NCBI GenBank assembly: GCA_942492885.1
Contig: OW818651.1
Location: forward strand, 1,346,959-1,410,958
Direction of reading: 5' to 3'
DNA length: 64,000 bases
From: an uncultured Eubacteriales bacterium
GTDB lineage: Bacteria > Bacillota > Clostridia > Christensenellales > CAG-138
Shown: piece by piece, positions 9,561 to 19,563 of the stretch
How the letters are laid out: every line of letters starts with the position of its first letter
How positions within the stretch are numbered: position 1 is the first letter of the stretch
Notes under the pieces: generated by a model
Seen by the model: the letters and a program-made list of their open reading frames with translations, nothing else
The model's database searches: none
Told to the model about the DNA's origin: nothing
Made by a program: the position numbers and the translations under genes

Positions 9561-10601
9561 CTATTGGTTGCCCGCTTCGTCTGCCGTGCGGGGCTGCGCC
9601 CGCTGTGCGGTCGTCTCCCGCAAAACATTCCTGTGCGGCAGATAGACTTCCCGTTGCGCACCCGGCTTTTGCATGATGTGATCATACAACAGCAGCATGC
9701 TGTTTCGCCCGAGCTCGTAGCAGGGCACCGCCACGGTGGTCAGGTAGGGATGAAACATGGTCGTATAATCGACATCGTCAAACCCCGTCACGCTCAGGTC
9801 CCAAGGCACCTGCAAGCCCATCTTCCCCGCTGCGGCGATGACGCCCAGCGCGAGAATGTCCGAAACGCAGAAGATCGCGCTCGGCGGTTCGGCTAACGAG
9901 AGTAGCTCTCTTGCCGCCTGCTTGCCGCTGGCAAACGAGTAGTCGGCGGAGGCGTAGGCAATCAGCGCGTCATCGGGCTGTATTCCCGCCTCTGACAATG
10001 CATCTAAGTATCCGCGCAGGCGGTTCGTGCTTGAAAGATAGCGGTTTGCGCTGGTGACGATGCCGATTCGTTTGTGTCCCTGCGCGATCAGCTGCGAAAC
10101 CGATTCCCGCGCGGCAAGGCGGTTATCCACAGAGATATGCGGCATATCCGCGTCTTCGACATATTCGGAACACTGCACGAGCGGGTATTGAGAAGCGTAT
10201 TTCGTGAGCCAATGATCGTCCCGGTTGACGGCGAGGGTAATCATGCCGTCCGCACGGTTTTTTTGAAACAGGCTGGTCACGAGCGACTCATCCAGCGCGT
10301 TGCTGTCATATGTGTTATAGATCAAGGTGCTGTAGCCAAGGTTTCGCGAAACATCGCAAATGCCGGAGAGCACGTTGGAATAATACGGGTTGGAAAAGTT
10401 CGGTGCGAGGATTAAAATGATGCGGCTCTCGTTTTTGCGCAGGTTGCGCGCGGAAAGGTTTGGCTCGTAGCGCAGTTCACGGGCGGCCTTTCGGACTTTT
10501 TCCTGCGTCTGCGGCAGTACGCCGCCCTGTTCGTTGAGCACGCGGGAGACGGTTGCGACCGAAACGCCCGCAGCGCGCGCAACGTCTTCAATCTTTACCA
10601 T
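9561..10601 (-). CDS. LacI family transcriptional regulator
   Basis: Trimmed to ATG 10601. HTH 'VKIEDVARAAGVSVATVSRVLN' followed by a sugar-binding-like effector domain. Confidence 0.9.
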   Translation of the reverse strand: MVKIEDVARAAGVSVATVSRVLNEQGGVLPQTQEKVRKAARELRYEPNLSARNLRKNESRIILILAPNFSNPYYSNVLSGICDVSRNLGYSTLIYNTYDSNALDESLVTSLFQKNRADGMITLAVNRDDHWLTKYASQYPLVQCSEYVEDADMPHISVDNRLAARESVSQLIAQGHKRIGIVTSANRYLSSTNRLRGYLDALSEAGIQPDDALIAYASADYSFASGKQAARELLSLAEPPSAIFCVSDILALGVIAAAGKMGLQVPWDLSVTGFDDVDYTTMFHPYLTTVAVPCYELGRNSMLLLYDHIMQKPGAQREVYLPHRNVLRETTAQRAQPRTADEAGNQ

Positions 10602-10669
10602 TGGCGGCACCCTCTTCCCTTCTGCTGTGTTCCGTTTCCATCTCGCGGACAAGATGTTCGTCTGCTGAA

Positions 10670-10687
10670 CATGTAATGGATTACATG
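10670..10687. promoter_or_regulatory. Perfect 18-bp palindrome, candidate LacI-type operator
   Basis: CATGTAAT-GG-ATTACATG, 69-86 nt upstream of the LacI start at 10601. Confidence 0.4.
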
Positions 10688-10735
10688 ACGGGTGCGATGC
10701 AGCGGCGTTCTGCACGCCGCGGGTTGTCCGGCTGG

Positions 10736-11656
10736 TTATTCTGTGACGATAAACTGGCTGATGTAGCGCTGAGACTGGATAAGGGATTGATAGCGGTGCT
10801 CTAACGTGTCTTCGAAGGCTTTGTCCTCTACCTCCACGCAGATATGGCCATTGTAGCCCACATCCATCAACGCGGAGACGAACTTGCCCCAGTCGATATC
10901 GCCCAACCCCGGCAGCTTTGGCTGCAGGTAGTCGAGCGGGGCTGCAAAGATGCCGACTTCGTCGAGCAGGTTTCTATATAGTTTGATGTCCTTGATGTGG
11001 ACATGGAAGAGCTTTTGAGTAAACTCGTAGATGGGACGGATGTAGTCCATCTGCTGAAGCACAAAGTGCGAAGGGTCATAGTTGAGGCCGAAGTTTGCGC
11101 TGTCGATTGTCGAGAACATCTCCCGCCAGATGCGCGGGGAAACGGCGAGGTTTTTGCCGCCCGGCCATTCGTCTTTGGAGAAAAGCATCGGGCAGTTTTC
11201 AATTGCGACGCGAACGCCGCTGTCCTCCGCGAGTTTGATGATGTCCGGCCAGAATTTTTCAAAGAGCTTCATGTTGTCTGAAACGCTGAGAAACTGATTT
11301 CTGCCGATGAAGGTATTGACCGTGTACACGCCGAGCTTCGGCGCGGATACGATGAGTTTTTTGATGTGATGGATGGCTTCTTCCGCCTTTGCCGCGTCCG
11401 GGTCGAGCGCGTTGGGGTAATACCCCAACGCGGAGATCTCGACGCCAGTCTCGGCGAGCTTGGACGAAATTACCTCGACTCGGGCGGCATCAAGCGTATC
11501 CACATCGATATGGGTCACGCCCGCATATCGCCGTTCCGCTTTTCCAACCGGCCAGCACATCATCTCCACACAGCGGTAGCCATGATCCGCTGCAAAGGAA
11601 ACGACGGTGTCAAACGACTGATCCGGCAAAATTGCGCTGGCAAATCCAAGCTTCAT
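10736..11656 (-). CDS. Sugar phosphate isomerase/epimerase (xylose-isomerase-like TIM barrel)
   Basis: 306-aa ORF with the TIM-barrel AP-endonuclease-2/IolE-like pattern ('VRVAIEN', 'HVHIKD'). Confidence 0.85.
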   Translation of the reverse strand: MKLGFASAILPDQSFDTVVSFAADHGYRCVEMMCWPVGKAERRYAGVTHIDVDTLDAARVEVISSKLAETGVEISALGYYPNALDPDAAKAEEAIHHIKKLIVSAPKLGVYTVNTFIGRNQFLSVSDNMKLFEKFWPDIIKLAEDSGVRVAIENCPMLFSKDEWPGGKNLAVSPRIWREMFSTIDSANFGLNYDPSHFVLQQMDYIRPIYEFTQKLFHVHIKDIKLYRNLLDEVGIFAAPLDYLQPKLPGLGDIDWGKFVSALMDVGYNGHICVEVEDKAFEDTLEHRYQSLIQSQRYISQFIVTE

Positions 11657-11958
11657 GGTTTTGGTTCCTCTTTTTGGTTATTCGTTTGTTTTTCGGTTTC
11701 GGGGTTCTTGTTTGCTGTTTTCTTTCGGATGAAGAAGGAGGAAAAAATGAAAAAGACAACTTTGCTCCGTGGCTATTGCTTAACTTTAATCTATCATTCC
11801 TTTCAGAACGTGTCAACATTATTTTCATATTTTACACGATATATAATTTTCTCTTACATTTTTTACATTTTAGTCGGTTTAAGTGACGTTATGATGTCGA
11901 TTTACAAAACCAATCAAACGTGATATGATAACCTGACGTTGTAAAAAAAGGAACGATC

Positions 11959-12948
11959 ATGTCTCAGCTGAAAAAGAAAACAACCTTACAGGATGTTGCG
12001 AATGCGGCGGGGGTTTCCATCGCCACGGTCTCGCGCGCCATCAACAACAAAGAGAGCGTCAAGGAAGGCACGTACGACAAGATCGTACAGGCCATCTATG
12101 CGCTTGGTTACGATACGGTTGTTCGGCATGAAAGCCACCTGATCCTCATCCTGCTGCCGGATATCGACAACCCGTTTTATTCTGAAGTGATTCGCGGTAT
12201 CTCCTCTGCGGCGGGCAGGCAGGGCTATCAGGAGATCATCGTGCGCACCGGTGCACACCCGCTCACACTCACCTTTATCGAAGAGATGATCGAAAAAACG
12301 CACGCGGACGGCGTGATCACGCTCGATCCCATCCCGTCTGCGGACACGATTTCGCAGCTGGAGCTGCACACTCCGCTGATCCAGTGCGCGGAATACAACG
12401 AGGACAGCCCGACATCCTATGTTTCCATCGACGACGTGGCAGCCAGCCGCGCGGTTGTGGAATACATCCTCAGCAAAGGCTGGCGGCGCGTGGCTTTGAT
12501 CAACGGCCCGCTGAAGTATAAATACGCCAGAAAACGCCTGCAGGGCTTTATCGAAGGCCTTGAGGCTGCGGGCATCACCCCGGCGCCAAACCTGATGGTG
12601 CAGGTGCCGGAGTTTAGCTATGACGCGGCGGTCTCCATCGCAACCCAGCTTTTGAGCATGCCGGAGCGTCCGGACGCGATCTTCGCGGCATCCGACGTGT
12701 TCGCCGTTGCCGCCATCAAGGCGGCAAAGCGCCTCGGCATCGCGATTCCCAAAGACCTCGGCGTCATCGGTTTTGACAACACGAATATCTCGGTGATGAG
12801 CGAGCCCGCGCTGACCACGGTCAAGCAGCCGCAATATCAGCTTGGGTTCTTAGCCTGCGAAATGCTCATCGAGCAGATGCACAGCGACAACTTCGCCCCG
12901 CGGCAGATCATGCTCGACGCGGAGATCATCATCCGCGAATCCTTATAA
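11959..12948 (+). CDS. LacI family transcriptional regulator
   Basis: 329 aa. HTH 'TLQDVANAAGVSIATVSRAINN'. Divergent from the isomerase operon across a 302-bp AT-rich gap. Confidence 0.9.
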   Translation: MSQLKKKTTLQDVANAAGVSIATVSRAINNKESVKEGTYDKIVQAIYALGYDTVVRHESHLILILLPDIDNPFYSEVIRGISSAAGRQGYQEIIVRTGAHPLTLTFIEEMIEKTHADGVITLDPIPSADTISQLELHTPLIQCAEYNEDSPTSYVSIDDVAASRAVVEYILSKGWRRVALINGPLKYKYARKRLQGFIEGLEAAGITPAPNLMVQVPEFSYDAAVSIATQLLSMPERPDAIFAASDVFAVAAIKAAKRLGIAIPKDLGVIGFDNTNISVMSEPALTTVKQPQYQLGFLACEMLIEQMHSDNFAPRQIMLDAEIIIRESL

Positions 12949-12973
12949 GAGTATCGTAACTTTCAAAAACAAA

Positions 12974-13012
12974 CAGAACGTCCGCAAGATTGCAGGCGTT
13001 CTGATTTTTTTT
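12974..13012 (+). terminator. Rho-independent terminator
   Basis: cagaacg ... cgttctg stem followed by a T8 run (13005-13012), downstream of the LacI stop. Confidence 0.6.
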
Positions 13013-13050
13013 GGTTGATTGACTCGAGTTGCTCTGTATTGTCTCTTTTA

Positions 13051-13503
13051 TCAGTCCGGGTCTTTGATCGCGAACACAAACTCGCAGGTGCAGACCTTTT
13101 TACCGCCCACGCGCGCGATGCCCGATCCCATCCCGACAACGCCGTTGACCGCGGTGATCTGCGAGTCCAGCTCCAGTTGATCCCCCGGTACCACGGGCGC
13201 ATAGAAGCGCGCGCTGCTGATCTTTCCTAAGAAGGCGAGCTTGCCGCGCATATTTTCCTGCGTGAGCAGCGCGATTCCACCCGCCTGCGCGAGGGCTTCG
13301 ACGATCAGCACGCCGGGCATGACTTTCTTCTTGTCGAAATGCCCCATAAAATACCATTCGTTGCCGGAGACGGCCTTCACGCCCTTAGCAGATAGGCCGG
13401 GGACGAGTTCGTCCACGCGATCCACCATCAAAAACGGCTCGCGGTGCGGCAAAATCTGCTTGATCGCTTCAATGCCCAGGCTCTTAGATTCGTTGCTCTC
13501 CAC
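13051..13503 (-). CDS. fabZ: 3-hydroxyacyl-ACP dehydratase
   Basis: Hot-dog motifs 'ILPHREPFLMVDRV' and 'GHFDKKKVMPGVLIVEALAQ'. Normal length requires GTG 13503, 10 nt after a GGGAGG that overlaps the fabF stop. The listed 220-aa ORF is an upstream extension. Confidence 0.85.
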   Translation of the reverse strand: MESNESKSLGIEAIKQILPHREPFLMVDRVDELVPGLSAKGVKAVSGNEWYFMGHFDKKKVMPGVLIVEALAQAGGIALLTQENMRGKLAFLGKISSARFYAPVVPGDQLELDSQITAVNGVVGMGSGIARVGGKKVCTCEFVFAIKDPD

Positions 13504-13510
13504 TTTGCCC

Positions 13511-14746
13511 TTACCTCCCGCGCTTGAGCACGAGACAGCTGTTATGCCCGCCAAATCCAAAGGAGTTGGAGAGCGCATAGTCGCTGTCCAGCGCCTGCGC
13601 CGTGCCTTTGACGTAGTTGAGTCGGCAGACCTCGTCCGCCTCATCCAAACCGATTGTCGGCGGCGCCATGCCTTCGTTGAGGGCGAGCAAGGACAAAACC
13701 GCCTCAAACGCACCGGCCGCGCCCAGCATATGCCCGGTCATGGACTTCGTCGAGCTGACCTTGAGCGCCTTTGCGTGCTCGCCAAAGCAGCTCTCGATGG
13801 CTGCGCTCTCCGTCGCGTCGTTGAGCGGTGTGCTCGTGCCGTGCGCGTTAATGTAGCCAATCTGCTCTTTGGTGATTCCCGCGTCGCGGATCGCCTCCGC
13901 CATCGCGCGCGCCGCCTGCTTGCCTTCCGGTTGGGGCGCGGTGATGTGGTGCGCGTCGCAGGTCTGGGCATAGCCCGCGAGCGAACCCAACGGCTTTCCG
14001 CCCCGTCTTTTTACGCTCGCTTCGCTTTCCAGCAGTAAAAATGCTGCGCCTTCGCCGATCACAAACCCCTGACGTTCTTTGTCAAACGGGATGCTTGCGC
14101 GGGTGACGTCTTCGCTCTCGCTCAGCGCGCCCATCTGATGGAACCCCTGCACCGCAAGTTCGATCATGACGGATTCCGCGCCGCCGACCAGCATTGCATC
14201 CGCCCTGCCCTCGCGCACGGCGTAATATGCGTGCCCGATGGCGTCCGCGCCGGATGCGCACGCGGTCACGATGGAATAGCACGGGCCGTTGAGCCCGTAG
14301 CGAATCGCGATCAATCCCGCGGTGGTGTTGACAATCGCTTTCGGGATAAAGAACGACGAGACGCTCCTAGGCCCGTTGTTGACGAGCTCGCCGTGCTGTT
14401 CGCAGATCACGTCCAGCCCGCCCATGCCGCTGCCGAGCACAACGCCTACGCGCTCCGGGTCATAATCCTCGGGCTTCAGCCCCGCTTCTTCCCATGCCTG
14501 TGCCGCGGCGACAATCGCCATCTGCGTGAAGCGCGCCATGCGCTTTGCCTCGCGCTTATTGACATAAGGCTCCGGCGTAAAATCTTTGATCTGCCCTGCC
14601 GCGAAAATCTGCGTCAGTTCAGAAGAGAACTGCTCCGGCGAAGAGATGCCGTTCTTGCCCGCAACCGCGGCGGAGAAACTCTCCCGCGCGGTCAAGCCAA
14701 GCGGAGATACCGCTCCGATGCCGGTGATATAAACTTCCATACCCAT
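13511..14746 (-). CDS. fabF: Beta-ketoacyl-ACP synthase II
   Basis: 411 aa. Active-site Cys context 'IVTACASGADAIG'. His motifs 'NAHGTSTPLND' and 'SFGFGGHNSCLV'. Confidence 0.92.
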   Translation of the reverse strand: MGMEVYITGIGAVSPLGLTARESFSAAVAGKNGISSPEQFSSELTQIFAAGQIKDFTPEPYVNKREAKRMARFTQMAIVAAAQAWEEAGLKPEDYDPERVGVVLGSGMGGLDVICEQHGELVNNGPRSVSSFFIPKAIVNTTAGLIAIRYGLNGPCYSIVTACASGADAIGHAYYAVREGRADAMLVGGAESVMIELAVQGFHQMGALSESEDVTRASIPFDKERQGFVIGEGAAFLLLESEASVKRRGGKPLGSLAGYAQTCDAHHITAPQPEGKQAARAMAEAIRDAGITKEQIGYINAHGTSTPLNDATESAAIESCFGEHAKALKVSSTKSMTGHMLGAAGAFEAVLSLLALNEGMAPPTIGLDEADEVCRLNYVKGTAQALDSDYALSNSFGFGGHNSCLVLKRGR

Positions 14747-14772
14747 TTTCCTCCTTGTGTTGTGGACTTGGG

Positions 14773-15507
14773 CTACATCGCCATGCCGCCGTCTACCACA
14801 AATACCTGACCTGTGACGTATCCCGCGCCTTCAGAGCACAAGAATGCGACCATGTGGGCAACGTCCTCCGCCTTACCGGTCCGGCGCATGGGGATGCTCT
14901 TTTTGAGCGCATCCTTTGCTAAGTCCGTCATAGCGTCGGTCATCGCGGTCTCGATAAAGCCGGGCGCAACCGCGTTGACGCAGATGCCCCAACGGGCGAC
15001 CTCTTTGGCGGCGGATTTCGTCAGCCCAACCATGCCCGCTTTGCTCGCGGCATAGTTCGCCTGACCCGCGTTTCCGGTGAGTCCCACCACAGATGTAATG
15101 TTGACGATTTTCCCGCGTTTTTCGCGCGCCATGACGTTGATCGCCTCGCGCGTCATAAAAAAGCAGCTGTCGAGGTTTGCGCGCAGCACGTTGTGATACT
15201 GCTCGTCCGTCATGCGCATGAGTAGCCCATCGCAGGTCACCCCCGCGTTGTTGACGAGCGCATCGAGGCCGCCGAGCGATTCCACACAGCCCTGCACAAG
15301 CGCCGCGCACGCAACGGAGTCGCCCAGATCGCCGCTGAGCGCGATAGCCTTTCGGCCTATCGATTCGATATCGCGGCAGACTTCTTCCGCCGCCGCGCGG
15401 TTACTGTTGTAGTGCACGCAGACGTCGTAGCCGTCCGTTGCGAGTTGCAGACAGATTGCGCGGCCGATGCCGCCAGACCCGCCCGTCACCAGTGCGATTT
15501 CGCTCAT
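14773..15507 (-). CDS. fabG: 3-oxoacyl-ACP reductase
   Basis: 244-aa SDR with 'VTGGSGGIGRAI' and 'YAASKAG'. Sits in the fab operon. Confidence 0.9.
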   Translation of the reverse strand: MSEIALVTGGSGGIGRAICLQLATDGYDVCVHYNSNRAAAEEVCRDIESIGRKAIALSGDLGDSVACAALVQGCVESLGGLDALVNNAGVTCDGLLMRMTDEQYHNVLRANLDSCFFMTREAINVMAREKRGKIVNITSVVGLTGNAGQANYAASKAGMVGLTKSAAKEVARWGICVNAVAPGFIETAMTDAMTDLAKDALKKSIPMRRTGKAEDVAHMVAFLCSEGAGYVTGQVFVVDGGMAM

Positions 15508-16433
15508 ACGCCGCCCTCTTTTTCCGCACGGAGAAACGCCTCAAGCGAGGCCTCATCCTGCACGCTAAACAGCGCGATGTCGCGCCCGACACGCCGCTTG
15601 AGCATCTTTGTCAGCACGCCACCGGGGCCGATCTCGACAAAGCGGGTGACCCCGCCAGCGAGCATACCCTCGATGCAGTCGTGCCAGCGCACACGCGTGT
15701 TCATCTGTGCGCAGAGAAGCGCGCGATAATCTGCGTTGATCGGATACGGCGCACCTAAAGCGTTACTATAGACCACGCCGCACGGTTCGCCGAAGATATC
15801 ACCCGCAAGCTCCGCGGAAAACCGCTCCGCCGCCGTGTTCAGCAGCGGGCAGTGCGATGGTCCCTTCATGGCGAGCATGACCGCCATCCGCGCGCCAGCC
15901 GTCTCCAGAGCAGCTTTCGCCTCAGCAAGCTCACCCAAGAGTCCGCCGAGTGTCAGCTGCGTTTCGGACAGGTGGTTTGCGACGAATACGTTGGCAATCG
16001 GGACAATTGCGGCTTCCACCTGCTCCAGCGTCAGCCCGACGACGGAGAGCATGCCGCCCGTGCCGGGAGGCACCGCCCCGTCCATGACCGCGCCGCGCCT
16101 GCGCACGAGAGACGCGCCCTGTGCGTCCAGCAACACGCCGGACGCCGCTAACGCAGTGTATTCGCCGAGCGAGAGCCCCGCAAACACGTCCGCATGCGCG
16201 CCCTCTGCTTCCAGTGTGCGAAGAGTCGCCAGAGAATGTGTGAAAATCGCGGCCTGAATGACATCGCTGCCGTCCATGCCCTCGCCCTTAAAACAAGCTG
16301 CTTTCAGGTCGATGTTTGCCCCCGCTTCGCAGCGGTCGAAGGCTTCGCGATAACGGCTGTAGGATAAATATAAGTCCGATCCCATGCCGGGGGTCTGTGA
16401 CCCCTGACCGGGAAATAAGAATGCCGTCTTCAT
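15504..16433 (-). CDS. fabD: Malonyl-CoA:ACP transacylase
   Basis: 309 aa. 'FPGQGSQ' and active-site 'GLSLGEYTAL'. 4-nt overlaps with both neighbours. Confidence 0.9.
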   Translation of the reverse strand: MKTAFLFPGQGSQTPGMGSDLYLSYSRYREAFDRCEAGANIDLKAACFKGEGMDGSDVIQAAIFTHSLATLRTLEAEGAHADVFAGLSLGEYTALAASGVLLDAQGASLVRRRGAVMDGAVPPGTGGMLSVVGLTLEQVEAAIVPIANVFVANHLSETQLTLGGLLGELAEAKAALETAGARMAVMLAMKGPSHCPLLNTAAERFSAELAGDIFGEPCGVVYSNALGAPYPINADYRALLCAQMNTRVRWHDCIEGMLAGGVTRFVEIGPGGVLTKMLKRRVGRDIALFSVQDEASLEAFLRAEKEGGV

Positions 16434-17392
16434 ACGTCTGCCTCCAGAGAGGAAATCGCTCCCGTCAGCGCGGCTTTGATCGCAGCGGGATCAAACAGCT
16501 CCCGAACGATTTCGCTAGCTGGCTGAACCCTATCGCACAGGCAGGCACATTGTCCCGCCATAAACGAGCCGCGCTCCTTGTCTCCGTGCAGCACGGCGCG
16601 CATCAGCGAACCTTCGCCGAGTTTTTCGACCATCACCGCGCCGTCAGGCCCGTATTCCGCGCCCGCAAGCTCGCGCTGCAAGGGGCTGCGCAGCACGCGC
16701 ACGGGATGCCCCGTGATGCGGCCTGTCACTTTGCTGTCGATGTCCTTTGCGCGGATAACGCGCTCTTTATACTCCGTGTGCGCGTTGCACTCCTCCGCGA
16801 GGATGAAGCGCGTGCCGACCTGTACGCCCTTGGCACCGAGGCAGAACGCCGCGGCAACGCCCGCTGCATCGAAAATGCCGCCTGCCGCCACCACGGGAAT
16901 GCTCACGCTGCGCGCGATATCCGGCCAGAGCACCATAGAGGTGAGCTCGCCGATGTGTCCGCCCGCCTCGCAGCCCTCCGCGATGACGAAATCCGCGCCC
17001 ATGCGCTCCATCAGCATCGCCAGCGCGCGGCTCGCCACAACGGGAGCAACCACGCAGCCCGCCGACTTCCAGCGTTTGACATAAGCATCCGGATTGCCCG
17101 CGCCCGTGATGACCACAGGCACCTTCAGGTCGTAGACCAGATCGGCAATCTGAGAAACATATGGGCTGAGCAACATAACGTTGAGTCCAAAAGGCTTGTC
17201 CGTTTGTTCACGCAGGAGTTTGACCTGCGTTTCCACCCATTCCGGCGGCGCATTGCCCGCGGCGATCACGCCCAAGCCGCCCGCCATCGAGACGGCGGCG
17301 GCAAGGCTTGCGTCCGAAACCCAGGCCATACCGCCCTGAATCAGCGGATACTCCGTGCCGGTGAGCTGGCAGATTGTGCCGGGGTACTTCAT
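16430..17392 (-). CDS. fabK: Enoyl-ACP reductase II (FMN, NMO family)
   Basis: 320 aa. 'YPLIQGGMAWVSDASLAAAVSMAGGLGVIAAG'. Position between acpP and fabD matches FabK-type clusters. Confidence 0.85.
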   Translation of the reverse strand: MKYPGTICQLTGTEYPLIQGGMAWVSDASLAAAVSMAGGLGVIAAGNAPPEWVETQVKLLREQTDKPFGLNVMLLSPYVSQIADLVYDLKVPVVITGAGNPDAYVKRWKSAGCVVAPVVASRALAMLMERMGADFVIAEGCEAGGHIGELTSMVLWPDIARSVSIPVVAAGGIFDAAGVAAAFCLGAKGVQVGTRFILAEECNAHTEYKERVIRAKDIDSKVTGRITGHPVRVLRSPLQRELAGAEYGPDGAVMVEKLGEGSLMRAVLHGDKERGSFMAGQCACLCDRVQPASEIVRELFDPAAIKAALTGAISSLEADV

Positions 17393-17616
17393 TACTGCTT
17401 TCCTTCGAGGTGCTTGATGAGTTCGCCGACGGTGTGGATGTCTCCCACTTCTTCGACGGGGACTTTGATGCCCGTTTCTTTTTCGAGGTTGATGAGCATC
17501 TCGACCATGTCCAGAGAGTCCATCGAGAAATCCTCGATAAAGCGGCTCTCGGGTTTGATCGCGTCGCGGTCAAGGTCCAGCTGATTCATCAGGCTTGCGA
17601 TAATTTTTTCTTCCAT
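17392..17616 (-). CDS. acpP: Acyl carrier protein
   Basis: 74 aa. Phosphopantetheine attachment motif 'DSLDMVE'. Confidence 0.9.
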   Translation of the reverse strand: MEEKIIASLMNQLDLDRDAIKPESRFIEDFSMDSLDMVEMLINLEKETGIKVPVEEVGDIHTVGELIKHLEGKQ

Positions 17617-17617
17617 G

Positions 17618-18613
17618 TTAATTGTTCTCCTTTTTGTTTTGTAATGTCCAATCGATCACCGCTCCGCCGCTGGTTAACCCCGAGCCGAAGCCGACGATGG
17701 CGATGCGGTCTTCCGCATTGAGCCAGCCGGACTCCCATGCGTCACAAAGCGCAATCGGGATGGAGGCGGAGGATGTATTGGCATAGTTTGCGATGTTCAC
17801 GAAAAACTGTTCCCGTCCAAATGTCTTGGTGCGGATCACGAAATCGATGATCTTCTCGTTTGCCTGGTGCGGCACGATCTTATCGATGGGCTTGTCGCCG
17901 CAGCGCACGGAGAGCTCTTTGAGTGTCTCTTCCATGACGCCGACGGCATAGGTAAACACGTCCGCGCCCTTCATGCGAATAGACTCTCTGTTTGATTCCA
18001 CATCACCCGTAAACGGCGTGCTACGCGCCTCTTTTTTGACCACGATCACGTCGTCCGTGTCGGGCGTTGCGGAAAGAATCGGGTGCAGCAAGTGCGCCAC
18101 TTCGCTTCGTTTGAGCACCACCGCGCCCGCGCCGTCGCCAAAGAGCACGCAGGTGGCGCGATCGGTCCAATCGCAATACTTGGTCATGATCTCGCTGGCA
18201 ACCACGATGGCAACGTCTTTTTGCAGCGTGTCCATCAAGGACGCCGCAGTCACGAGCGCATAGACAAAGCCCGTGCAGCCCGCGGAGACGTCCATTGCAG
18301 CGCACTGGGGGATGCCGAGCGCCTTTTGCACTTGTCCCGCCAGAGACGGGGTGAGTTCTTCCCCCGTGATCGTGCAGGCGACGATGACGGCAACGCTCTC
18401 CGGCTTTTCGCCGGACATCATGAGCGCATCCTTTGCCGCCGAGACCGCGAGGCTGATTGCCGTCTCTTCTACCGCGACGTGGCGCGCGCGGATGCCCGTG
18501 CGTTTGCTGATCCACTCATCGCTGGTCTCCACAATCGCGGTCAATTCATCGTTGGTTACTACTTTTTCGGGCACACATTTGCCGATGCCCGTAATCGAAA
18601 CCGGTGCTAACAT
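17618..18613 (-). CDS. fabH: Beta-ketoacyl-ACP synthase III
   Basis: 331 aa. Cys 'DVSAGCTGFVYAL', His 'VPHQANEKI', and 'GFGSGLTSG'. Confidence 0.9.
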   Translation of the reverse strand: MLAPVSITGIGKCVPEKVVTNDELTAIVETSDEWISKRTGIRARHVAVEETAISLAVSAAKDALMMSGEKPESVAVIVACTITGEELTPSLAGQVQKALGIPQCAAMDVSAGCTGFVYALVTAASLMDTLQKDVAIVVASEIMTKYCDWTDRATCVLFGDGAGAVVLKRSEVAHLLHPILSATPDTDDVIVVKKEARSTPFTGDVESNRESIRMKGADVFTYAVGVMEETLKELSVRCGDKPIDKIVPHQANEKIIDFVIRTKTFGREQFFVNIANYANTSSASIPIALCDAWESGWLNAEDRIAIVGFGSGLTSGGAVIDWTLQNKKENN

Positions 18614-18678
18614 CTTGTTTCACCTCATCTTCTAAAAAACTTTTGCCCTTATAAAACGGCAACGCATATTCTATCGCT

Positions 18679-19563
18679 TTAATGCCAACGCATATTCAAA
18701 TACTTCTGCTGCCGCTGCTCGACCAGCCGATCCGGCGGGAGGGTCGTGAGCCGTTTGAGCGCATTGCGGATGGCTTTTCGCACCGCATCCACACTTTCGT
18801 CCATATGAAAGCGGGAATATCCCTCCGCTTCGCGGACGATGCCGTCCACAATGCCAAATCGCCTGAGGTCGGCCGCCGTGAGTTTCAGGTTTTTTGCCGC
18901 CTCGGAAGCAAGCGAGCTGTCCTTGAACAGGATCGACGCAGCTCCTTCCGGCGAAATCACGGAAAAATAGCTGTTCTCGAGCATGATCAACCGATCCGCC
19001 AACGAGAGCGCGAGCGCGCCGCCGCTGCCGCCTTCCCCGATGATGATCGAGATGCAAGGCGTCTTCACCGTCGCCATCGCTCTAAGGTGCTCCGCAATTA
19101 CGCGTCCCTGTCCTTTTGCCTCCGCCTCCACGCCGCAGAACGCACCGGGCGTATCTACAAGGCAGATGACAGGGCGGTGGAATTTCTCCGCCTGTTGCAG
19201 GGCGCGCATGGATTTTCGATAGCCCTCGGGCGACGGCATGCCGAAGTTGCAGCGCATGCGCTCCTCCAGCGTGTGCCCCTTTTGCTGGCCGATGATGGTC
19301 ACAGGATATGTTTCAAACCATGCAACGGCGGTGACGATTGCCTCGTCGTCGCCCATGCACTGATCCCCGCGCATCTCAAACACGCCGTGAAAGAGTTTGT
19401 CGATATAGTCCCGCGCCTGCGGGCGGTCTTCCTTGCGCGCGCTCATCACGCTTGCCCAGCCGGGGTCTGCCGCGAGCGGCACCTCGTCAATCGGCAAGGC
19501 ATCCGGCAGCAGCGCGTTTGTCTGCATCGCCTTGATCGGGAGTTTCGTGTCTTTTACTGTCAT
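18679..19563 (-). CDS. accA: Acetyl-CoA carboxylase carboxyltransferase alpha subunit
   Basis: 294 aa. 'IIGEGGSGGALAL' oxyanion-type motif. Follows accD with a 4-nt overlap. Confidence 0.9.
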   Translation of the reverse strand: MTVKDTKLPIKAMQTNALLPDALPIDEVPLAADPGWASVMSARKEDRPQARDYIDKLFHGVFEMRGDQCMGDDEAIVTAVAWFETYPVTIIGQQKGHTLEERMRCNFGMPSPEGYRKSMRALQQAEKFHRPVICLVDTPGAFCGVEAEAKGQGRVIAEHLRAMATVKTPCISIIIGEGGSGGALALSLADRLIMLENSYFSVISPEGAASILFKDSSLASEAAKNLKLTAADLRRFGIVDGIVREAEGYSRFHMDESVDAVRKAIRNALKRLTTLPPDRLVEQRQQKYLNMRWH

